A stretch of DNA of 64,000 nt. Origin: an uncultured bacterium. GTDB lineage: Bacteria > Pseudomonadota > Alphaproteobacteria > Rs-D84. A model generated the notes under the pieces. The model saw only the letters and a list, made by a program, of their open reading frames with translations. It was not told where the DNA came from and did not search any database. How positions within the stretch are numbered: the first letter of the stretch is position 1; each line of letters opens with the position of its first letter. The DNA lies in contig CATNBF010000001.1 of the NCBI GenBank assembly GCA_950096895.1, forward strand, positions 20,853 to 84,852. The letters run 5' to 3'. Both the position numbers and the translations under genes were made by a program. Shown in pieces: positions 16,720-25,600 of the stretch.

Positions 16720-17269
16720 ATCGCCTGGGGATGGTCATAATGGGATGCCGGGGCGGCCAATTATATCCGCCCCGCCCCATGATGCGAATTTTCCATAATC
16801 AAATCGTACGATCATATTAAGCTTATGAAATCTGATCTTGGACCAACGTCATCAATGTCATCCAAGGCCATAGATTCAATATCCAAACAATCGCACATCT
16901 GTATGCATTTCATATCCCACGCATGCCCTATGATCATCCAGACTTTCTATACATGATATAACGGATAAATGATCGCGCAAAATCAATTTCATCCCACGAA
17001 TATCATGGCATTATTTATGGCGCATCAATTCATCCGACATTAAACCATACTCACTTATAAATCCCAAAGAAGCGATCAAGACAACAACGGTCTCAAATGC
17101 GATACGATCGTGGTGAAATAAAACAACCAAATGGCGTCAACACATCCCAAAATAAAATACAAAAGCGTTATATCGACACCATGAACACGCCCCACGGGCC
17201 CATGACATGGTTACCCCATCCTGGGGTGCGGGGCGTGACATGTAAAAAAAACGCGGGATGCACATACCC

Positions 17270-17600
17270 ATCACTTTCTTGGTTCCAAAGTCATGTCCGA
17301 TTATAATGTGTGCGCACATATGGATAATTATCCCACCCCAGTCCATTAATCCATACCATACAGACCATGCCTTAATCGCTTATGAGCGGTTATAATGGGC
17401 GAACGATATCCCCCACTTTCTTGGTTCCAAGTCCCAGAAAACACAAACGGGGCATTATTCGCATCCGATCATAATGACACGCCTTTGCGGATTGCCTTTT
17501 ATCCTGATCAATCAAAGTCATACAGACCACGCCATGATTATTTATATCGGATTATAATGGATGGTACATGCGGGACACTTTCTGAAATATTTATCCCGAA
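17270..17600. repeat. degenerate ~140-160 bp tandem repeat (about 2.2 copies) in a 1.1-kb ORF-free region
   Basis: cactttct(t)ggttccaa at 17272 and 17414, with a shorter match at 17576. catacagacca at 17357 and 17519. Four ..(t)tataatg.. boxes at about 17301, 17390, 17471 and 17552. Confidence 0.6.
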
Positions 17601-17721
17601 CCACCGCTTAAGCCCCCCCAACGCGGTCACGACATGATTTCTGGGGATCGGGGCATCATTTCGCAATAAAACAAGGCCCGCCCCCGTGCCCGGGGACAGG
17701 CGAACATCACACACAATTATA

Positions 17722-17751
17722 AAAAAATCCCGCAATGCGCGGGACTTTTTT
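17722..17751 (-). terminator. tsf intrinsic terminator
   Basis: Minus strand reads aaaaaaaagtcccgcgcattgcgggattttttt, abutting the tsf stop. Confidence 0.75.
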
Positions 17752-18621
17752 TTATTTCAGCATCTTTGCAACTTCGTCGGCCAAATTGTCTTCGGCTTTT
17801 TCAATGCCTTCGCCCAGGACATAGTACGAAAAGCCAGCCAATTTTCCACCGGCTTCGTCGATGACCTGTTTAACAGTCTTGGACGGATCCATAACAAACG
17901 GCTGTTCTTCCAGAACCGATTCTGCGTAATACTTGCTGATACGGCCAGCAACCATTTTTTCAACAACCATGTCCGGTTTACCCGCGGTTGCCCCAGATTC
18001 GATAAAGACCTTTTTTTCACGTTCAACCGCCGCCGGATCAACGTCATCAATGGTCATAAATTCGGGCTTGGTCGCTGCAATGTGCATGGCAATTTTCGGT
18101 CCGATTTCATCAATACCGGCCCCGTCACCATTAATGGCAACCACAACACCAATCTGGCCCATGCCCGGAACCAACGCATTGTGAACATAGGTGTAAACGT
18201 GATCACCCGCCACCGTTGCAATACGACGCAGGTTCATATTTTCACCAATCGTTGCAATTGTCGCCGCGATATCATCTTTGACCGCATTTAATGTTGCATC
18301 AAAATCACCCTTGAATTCCAATGCGCGGGCCGCAACATCAGAAACCAATTTTTGAAACTTTTCATTTTTCGCAACAAAGTCCGTTTCAGCGTTCAATTCG
18401 ATAACACATCCCATGTCATCGCATTTGACAACCGTGACCAGTCCCGATGCCGCCACACGACCGGCCTTGGACGCTGCCTTGACAATGCCTTTTTGACGCA
18501 ACCAATCTGCCGCCGCAGATACATCGCCGTCTGTTTCCATCAAGGCTTTCTTGCAATCCATCATCCCGGCGGACGTTTTTTCGCGCAGTTCTTGAATCAG
18601 TTTTGCTGTAATTTCTGCCAT
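17752..18621 (-). CDS. tsf: translation elongation factor Ts
   Basis: Canonical N-terminus MAEITAKLIQELREKTSAGMMDCKKAL. Confidence 0.97.
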   Translation of the reverse strand: MAEITAKLIQELREKTSAGMMDCKKALMETDGDVSAAADWLRQKGIVKAASKAGRVAASGLVTVVKCDDMGCVIELNAETDFVAKNEKFQKLVSDVAARALEFKGDFDATLNAVKDDIAATIATIGENMNLRRIATVAGDHVYTYVHNALVPGMGQIGVVVAINGDGAGIDEIGPKIAMHIAATKPEFMTIDDVDPAAVEREKKVFIESGATAGKPDMVVEKMVAGRISKYYAESVLEEQPFVMDPSKTVKQVIDEAGGKLAGFSYYVLGEGIEKAEDNLADEVAKMLK

Positions 18622-18727
18622 GGTGTTTCCCCCTTTTTTTATATTGGTTATAAGGTTGTGGGAATATCAATATTTCCCATTATTTGAATTGGGGGGCGTT
18701 GCCGCCCCCGGACAATAAATCAATTGA

Positions 18728-19594
18728 TTATTCGGACTGGGCCGCTTTTTCAATTTTGTCGGCCAATTTACCGCGACGTTCCGCACGTGCTTCGGATGTT
18801 TTGGATTTCTGACGTGCTTCGCGTTCTTTGATGTCATCTTCGAAATCTTCGGCCATAGATGCACGCACATCGGCGTCGCCTTTCTTGCCAGCCGCCCCGC
18901 CCAGGCGTTTTTCAATCCCAGACAAGATCGCATCCACAAACAAATCACAATACAATTGTGTCGCACGGGCCGCATCGTCGTTGCCTGGAACCGGGTAATC
19001 AACCATTTCCGGATTGGCGTTCGTGTCGCAAATCGCAATTGTCGGGATGTCCAGATTCTTGGCTTCACGGACCGCATTCATTTCACGCGGAACGTCGATA
19101 ACAACCATCGCCTGGGGTGTGCCGTGCATATCCAGAATACCACCGAAAATACCGCGCAGTTTTTCAACTTCTTTGGTCATCACACCAACTTCTTTCTTGG
19201 TCAGACCCAATTTTTCGGCGTTTTCAATGTCTGATTCCATTTTTTTCAGACGACGAATAGACTGTGATACCGTGGCCCAGTTGGTCATCATCCCACCCAG
19301 CCAGCGGTTGTTTACATAATATTGCCCACAGCGTTCGGCCGCATCACGTACAATGTCTTTGGCCTGGTGCTTGGTCGCGACAAACAAAACCTTGCCGCCG
19401 GCGGCCGCGATCGCTTCCAATGCGACCAAGGCACGATGCATTAACGGGGCCGTTTTGTTCAAGTTAATAATATGAATTTTATCTTTGATGCCATAAACAT
19501 ACGGGGTCATCAACGGGTTCCAGCGACGTGTATGGTGACCGAAATGTACACCAGCTTCCATCAACTGTTGCATGGTAAAGGTTGGCAATGCCAT
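18728..19594 (-). CDS. rpsB: 30S ribosomal protein S2 (with a charged C-terminal extension)
   Basis: Canonical sequence (..LMEAGVHFGHHTRRWNP..). rpsB-tsf operon order is present. Confidence 0.97.
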   Translation of the reverse strand: MALPTFTMQQLMEAGVHFGHHTRRWNPLMTPYVYGIKDKIHIINLNKTAPLMHRALVALEAIAAAGGKVLFVATKHQAKDIVRDAAERCGQYYVNNRWLGGMMTNWATVSQSIRRLKKMESDIENAEKLGLTKKEVGVMTKEVEKLRGIFGGILDMHGTPQAMVVIDVPREMNAVREAKNLDIPTIAICDTNANPEMVDYPVPGNDDAARATQLYCDLFVDAILSGIEKRLGGAAGKKGDADVRASMAEDFEDDIKEREARQKSKTSEARAERRGKLADKIEKAAQSE

Positions 19595-19818
19595 TGTAAT
19601 ATCCTTTGTTTTCTGTTGTTATCCTCGCCATCGGGGAACCAAACCGAACATAAATGCCGGACAGAAAATCACCCAGGTGGCTGTGTTCTTCACGCATGGC
19701 GCGTGCCGCCATAATAAAACATCCCCCCTATAAAATCAAGTAAAAAGTGCCATTTACACCCATTTTCACACAGAAATAAAAAAATATGGACAAAAATTAT
19801 TTTTATTAACAATAATAC

Positions 19819-19846
19819 TTGACGAATTATTCAAATGTACTATATT
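19819..19846 (+). promoter_or_regulatory. candidate sigma70 promoter (TTGACG - 16 nt - TATATT)
   Basis: Read directly from the sequence, about 30 nt upstream of the S8 protease start. Confidence 0.4.
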
Positions 19847-19877
19847 TATAAGTGTGAGCGTGGAGGAAAAAGAGCCT

Positions 19878-21782
19878 ATGAGAATGATTAACCGCATCTT
19901 GACAGTTTTTTTAGCCGTCGTAACGATGGCAACATCGGCGCATGCCGTACCGGCCGCGTGCAAGAGCGAATTGTATCGTCGTGCCCATCCGGAAAAATGC
20001 ACCGAAAAAAAATCAAATTCTTTTCTGTCGCGCAACGCGATCTGGATTGGTGGTGGGGCCGTGGCGGCCGGCGCAGTGGCCTTGGTTGCAATGGCGGCCG
20101 GTGGCGGATCCAGCTCTGGGGCCACGGCACATGTGCAATCGACCAATGATTCAAACTTTGCATTTGGGGCACCCAATGTTCCCCAGTATTCTTTGCCCAC
20201 ATTAAGCATTTATAACCGCGTGGGCTATACAGATCCGAAACTGTTGGCGGCGGCCCGTAAAACAACCCGCTATGCCCGTAATGCGGCCCAATACGAAGAT
20301 ATTCGCCTGGCCTATTCCTTGGCACGTGGATATACCGGCAAAAATTCAACCATCGCCATTTTGGACACGGGCGACTATGGCTATCATGGAACCGCAGTCA
20401 AAAACATTGCCGGCGGTGCCATTGCCCCGGATGTAAAAATCAACGAACACAAAATCGTTGATAACCACGGTGAATTCATTACATACGACAAAATTGCGAA
20501 CATCATCGCCAACGATACATCTGCCAACATTTTTAACGCCAGCTGGGGCACAGAATCCCAGGCCGGCCTGAACGCGGCAACAATTAAAAATCGGGCGCAA
20601 ATTGTTAACCTGACCAGTGAATCTTTTGTTAACGAAATCACATCGGCGGCCCAAAATCGCGATGCCATCTTTGTCTGGGCAGCGGGCAATGACCACAAAT
20701 CCCAAAGCACGGCCTTGGCCGCCATGCCGTTGGTGGTACCAGAACTGGATGGGCACTTTATTAATGTTGTCGCATGGGACAGCCGGACCAATTCGCTGGC
20801 CGATTACAGCAATGCATGCGGCGCAACCCAAATGTATTGCATCACGGCCCCGGGCACAGATATGAACGTTGGCATTGGCAGCGCATCCGGGACCAGCTTT
20901 GCTGCGCCGATTGTTTCAGCCGCGGTGGCGGTAATTCGTGAAGCATTCCCATACATGACCGCCGGCGAAATTACCAGTCTGTTGTTCACGACCGCCCGTG
21001 ATTTGGGCACCCCGGGTGTTGATGAAATTTATGGGTGGGGCATGCTGGATCTGGAACGGGCGCCACGACCGGTGGGGGCCACATTGGTCTCTATCGACGA
21101 TAACGTCATGGCACCAATGCAGACCGCCCGCGCCGCCGGTGTTATTGGCCGCCAGATCAAGTCCGCCAACCTGCGCTTTGCATTCTTTGACAGCTTTGGT
21201 CGTGCCTTTGACGCCAAATTAAACGACAGTATTAATTTCCGCCCAATGGGTCGTGCCATTGAACGCGTCCGCGGTAATGCCGACATGTCTGTATCATTGG
21301 GCAACATGGATTTTGGATTCACACGCAGCAACCTGTTGGCATCTGATGGATTCTTGCGCACAGGTGAACGTGACCTGATGGGCTTTGTCGGGATGCGCGG
21401 TGAAATGATGCTGGGGGATGTTCGCCTGTTCCAGCGCACACGCATGGGATTCAGTGCCCCAACCGCCGCCCGCGATTCCATGATCCGTGAATTTTCAAAT
21501 ATCATCAGTGCATCTGTCACCCTGGGGGCAACGTATGGGGACTGGACATTCACAGTGGGTGCCCCAGAAACAATCGTTTCAGGTGACATGACACTGCGTC
21601 TGGCGACCGGTCGTGCGGCCGATGGACAAATCCAGTATCGCAATCATCGCGTTTCTTTGGTTGAAACCCGCCCGGCAATGGAATACACCGCGAAATACAA
21701 GTTCATCACCGCCGGTTATATTGATAATCCGTCCGGAACCGATGAATTCTATGTCATGGCACGCGGCCAGGTCAGCTTTTAA
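19878..21782 (+). CDS. subtilisin-like (S8) serine protease with a C-terminal autotransporter-like beta domain
   Basis: Triad contexts ILDTGD, YHGTAV and GTSFAAPIVSAA. Signal peptide MRMINRILTVFLAVVTMATSAHA. The C-terminus ends ..ARGQVSF, an aromatic terminus typical of OMPs. Confidence 0.75.
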   Translation: MRMINRILTVFLAVVTMATSAHAVPAACKSELYRRAHPEKCTEKKSNSFLSRNAIWIGGGAVAAGAVALVAMAAGGGSSSGATAHVQSTNDSNFAFGAPNVPQYSLPTLSIYNRVGYTDPKLLAAARKTTRYARNAAQYEDIRLAYSLARGYTGKNSTIAILDTGDYGYHGTAVKNIAGGAIAPDVKINEHKIVDNHGEFITYDKIANIIANDTSANIFNASWGTESQAGLNAATIKNRAQIVNLTSESFVNEITSAAQNRDAIFVWAAGNDHKSQSTALAAMPLVVPELDGHFINVVAWDSRTNSLADYSNACGATQMYCITAPGTDMNVGIGSASGTSFAAPIVSAAVAVIREAFPYMTAGEITSLLFTTARDLGTPGVDEIYGWGMLDLERAPRPVGATLVSIDDNVMAPMQTARAAGVIGRQIKSANLRFAFFDSFGRAFDAKLNDSINFRPMGRAIERVRGNADMSVSLGNMDFGFTRSNLLASDGFLRTGERDLMGFVGMRGEMMLGDVRLFQRTRMGFSAPTAARDSMIREFSNIISASVTLGATYGDWTFTVGAPETIVSGDMTLRLATGRAADGQIQYRNHRVSLVETRPAMEYTAKYKFITAGYIDNPSGTDEFYVMARGQVSF

Positions 21783-22423
21783 CCATCGACATTTTCATAA
21801 CTGACATTGAATGTTTCTAAATCAGGGATTTCAATCCCCCGCCCCATCAAGAATCGATTCAACGTATCACGATGGACACGTAATCGCCGCGCCAAGATAT
21901 AACGACTGTTACCACTGTATAACTGTTGACAGATATATTTTTCACGCGTGGCCAGTTTGGCGGCATTACGACTGCCCAGGGGCCGACCCACATGACGTCC
22001 TTCGGATTTAACACGGGCCAAGGCCTCCTTGGTGCGTTGCGATATCAAATTCCGTTCAATTTCCGCCGACAATCCAAATGCAAATGCCAAAACCTTGCTG
22101 GTGATATCACTGCCCAGGCGATAATTATCCTTGATCGTCCAAACGCGTGCCCCAATATCCATACAGTAGTGCAAAATACTCATAATCTGTAATAAATTAC
22201 GCCCCAGACGGGATAGTTCTGATGCAATAATTAAATCGTCTTTGCCAATTTTTTTAATCAGTCGCCCCAACTTTCGCTTGTTCAAATCAACCGTCGACGA
22301 AATTGTTTCTTCGATCCATTTATCGACCACAATATTTTCTTTTTCACAGAACTTTTGTATTTCAAAGCGTTGATTCTCCGTCGTTTGGTGGTCGGTCGAA
22401 ACGCGGATATATCCGTAAATCAC
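21779..22423 (-). CDS. small serine recombinase (resolvase/invertase family)
   Basis: N-terminal MIYGYIRVSTDHQTTENQ (catalytic Ser motif), ELSRLGRN, and a C-terminal HTH (ILARRLRVHRDTLNRFL). 214 aa. Confidence 0.85.
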   Translation of the reverse strand: MIYGYIRVSTDHQTTENQRFEIQKFCEKENIVVDKWIEETISSTVDLNKRKLGRLIKKIGKDDLIIASELSRLGRNLLQIMSILHYCMDIGARVWTIKDNYRLGSDITSKVLAFAFGLSAEIERNLISQRTKEALARVKSEGRHVGRPLGSRNAAKLATREKYICQQLYSGNSRYILARRLRVHRDTLNRFLMGRGIEIPDLETFNVSYENVDG

Positions 22424-22610
22424 GTTTTGCCTCCTTTGGCTGGTTGTACAATTATTTTTTTTGTATACGCTTATATTCCTAAATTACTTTTTGAAATATG
22501 CAAGTATTTGTTTTTACGTATTTTTTATGAATTTATTCCAGATCAAATAAAATGCTTGATGTCGTATAAAAAACTTTACTATCATGATTATTAAAGAAAG
22601 GTGGGATACA

Positions 22611-25600
22611 ATGGCACACAAATCATCAAACACACGAAATTCTGGACATTTGGTTAAAAAAACGCGCACCCGGGTTGGATTATGGGGACGTCTTGTTTAT
22701 GCCGCGATCGCGGTTATCGTCGTGACCGCTGGGGGATTTGCATGGCATCACCACACCAAGGCAAACGAACAAACCGCCACATATAAATTAACACTGGATA
22801 CGCCAACACCCGCTCGATACATGGATACCAACCCTATTATCATGACGGTTGGACCAAATCGTGTTGCCATGCCAGAAATTAATCCCGACCGGGATATGGC
22901 GGCCCCAACACCATTGCGTATTTATTATAGCTTTGAATCAGGTAATTACGCGCCCGCCATGCGCATGGATTTAGATGCGGCAAATTTGGCCAACGCAATA
23001 AAAATGACACCCGCCATACGGGGAAAATGGACCATGCCTAATCCCAACATGCTGATGTTTACGCCCGATGGAAATTGGCCCGCCGACACAAAATTCCGGA
23101 TTAAAATTTCCCCCCGATTAATCAACAGCGATGTTCATGTTAATTCACGCAAAGTCACCTTTGTAACACCACGCGTTGCCGGCACCGTCGACAGCTTTGA
23201 CGTCTATCCCACCGGCCGGGGCACAGTTACCGGGGTTGGGGTTGTTTCTTTTAATTATCCTGTATCAGGTATCTCAAACGCGACCACGGTTAAATTAAAC
23301 GGCAACCGAATCCATTCTGATGTGCGCATGGATACCAATAACCGCACCGCGATTATAACCACCCAACCAATTCCTGTGCGTGATATCGAACAATCATTGT
23401 CACTGGGGATATCAGGTGCCACGCCGACCCGCATATCGGCCAACACAACGATCGCCGCGGCGGATAACTTTTTCAAAATTACCGATATCACCACCGCCGC
23501 CGTTGATGATGAATCCGGTACCCCCCGCCAATTAGTTATTATTACAACCAGTGCCGCCGTCCGCGCCGATACAGATTGGCAAAAATTTATTGATGTATAC
23601 TTGCTGCCGCGGCAACGGGATACAGATGAACGATCATCCCATCGATGGGCCACAGACGAAATTACACCCGATGTCTTGAAAAAGTCCAAGAAGTTATCAA
23701 TCACCCCAACAAATTTAATCAGCCCCAATGGCACATATCAATATGCATTTTCATATGATGTATCAGATGCAAATACGCGCTATATCTATGTGACGGTGCG
23801 CGAAGGGATTATGTCTGATATTGGTTTTGCAACCGGGGCAACAGTTGATAAAACCATGACAGTCCCATATCCGCAACGCAGTGTTAAAATCGCCGGCGAT
23901 GGGGCGTTGTTAAGTCTGAATGGGGATCAAAAAATCGGCATCGTCGCCCGGGGTGGTGTCAATGCGGCATACATTAATGTATCCAAGATCAAAGATACGG
24001 AAATCAATCATTTAATTTCGCAAACGTATAATATCTTTACACCCTTGAACTTTAAGTCTTGGTCATTCGGCGTTGATGATATGGCGGTCGTATTCAAAAA
24101 AAGAATTCCTTTTTCCAATACATCACCAACACGCGTTAACTATGCATCGGTGGATTTGGGCGAATACCTGAATAAAACACCGGGCGATAAAACAGGGATC
24201 TTTGTTATCCAATCTGGCACAACGCAATCGGCGGCTGATTATAATGACCGACGGTTAATCTTGATGACCAATATGGGCATTATTCGCAAGATTAATTCAA
24301 ATGGATCATCGGCGGTCTTTGTATCATTATTAGATTCTGGTGGTCCGGCCGGTGGTATTGATGTATCTGTGTTGGGGCGCAATGGAAATACCGTTTGGAC
24401 CGGCGTAACCAATGAACGCGGACGCGTGGATATTCCGGTATTAAAATGGAACGAATACCGAGGCGCACGCGAACCCATCGCGATCGTTGCACGTAATGGT
24501 TCTGATGTGTGCTTTGTCCCCTATGATGCGGGGGGCGAACAAATGGTCGAATATTCCAAGTTCGATACAGGCGGCGTTTATGCCACCCCCAATGGCGCAT
24601 TGAATGCCTATGTCTTTTCAGACCGTGGTATTTATCGCCCAGGTCATGAATTAATCATCGGGGCAATTGTTCAATCAGAAAGCGCAAAATCAACCGCCGG
24701 CATCCCTGTCCGTGTCATGATCGATGATGCACGCGGGCGCAGTATCTTGGATAAAAAAATATCCCTGGGTACTGATGGCATGTTTGATGTGCGCTATCGC
24801 CTGGGGGCGGATGCCCCATTGGGGGAATATACGGTAACCCTGTATTCCATCAACAGTCGTCATAACACCAATGACGACGTTATCGGTCGGACCACGTTCC
24901 GCGTTGCAGAATTTACCCCCGATACGATGAAAATCAATACAAAAATCAATAATGCATCCGACGTGGGCTGGATTTCCCCATCAGACATGACGGCAAATGT
25001 CACATTAAATAACCTGTTTGGCACGCCGGCACAAAATCGACGCATTACCGCACGGGCGACACTAAGCCCCAGTCAATTCCGCTTTGATCAATTTCCCGGC
25101 TATGCCTTTACCCCCAATATTATTGGTAATTCGGGTCTGGCCGCGAATTCTGGGGTTGTCCCACGACCAATAACCATGGAATTGGCCGATGTTCGTACCA
25201 ACGATAATGGGGATGCGGTTATCAAGATTGACTTTGATCGTTCCATCCCATCGGGCACATATGTATTAAATCTGAACGTACGGGGATTCGATGGTGATGG
25301 CGGACGCAATGTCGAAATGACCACCACTGCCCGCGTTTCTGATGCGACACACCTGGTTGGATGGCGGGCGGATGGTAATTTAGACTATATCAATCGGGGC
25401 ACAACACGATCTGTGCACATTGTGTCTGTGGACACCAGCGGCACCGCCGCCCCCACAGATGATTGGCGCATGCGCGTGATTGCCCGCGAAAACTTGACCA
25501 GTTTGATCAAGGACGCATCTGGATATTATAAATATCAGTCAACCATCCGGGATCGCGTGATTCGCACCACCCCATTAACCATCCCAAAAGATGGGCAATC

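Noticed and set aside
7490-21643. Long antisense or shadow ORFs inside ftsH (7515-8036, 8484-8966), tilS, groEL (12110-12430, 12494-12958, 13173-13589), tsf (17686-18291), rpsB (18667-19077) and the S8 protease gene (20346-20831, 21029-21643)
   Set aside because: Each lies fully within a well-supported conserved gene on the other strand, has biased low-complexity composition, and has no SD or independent terminator.
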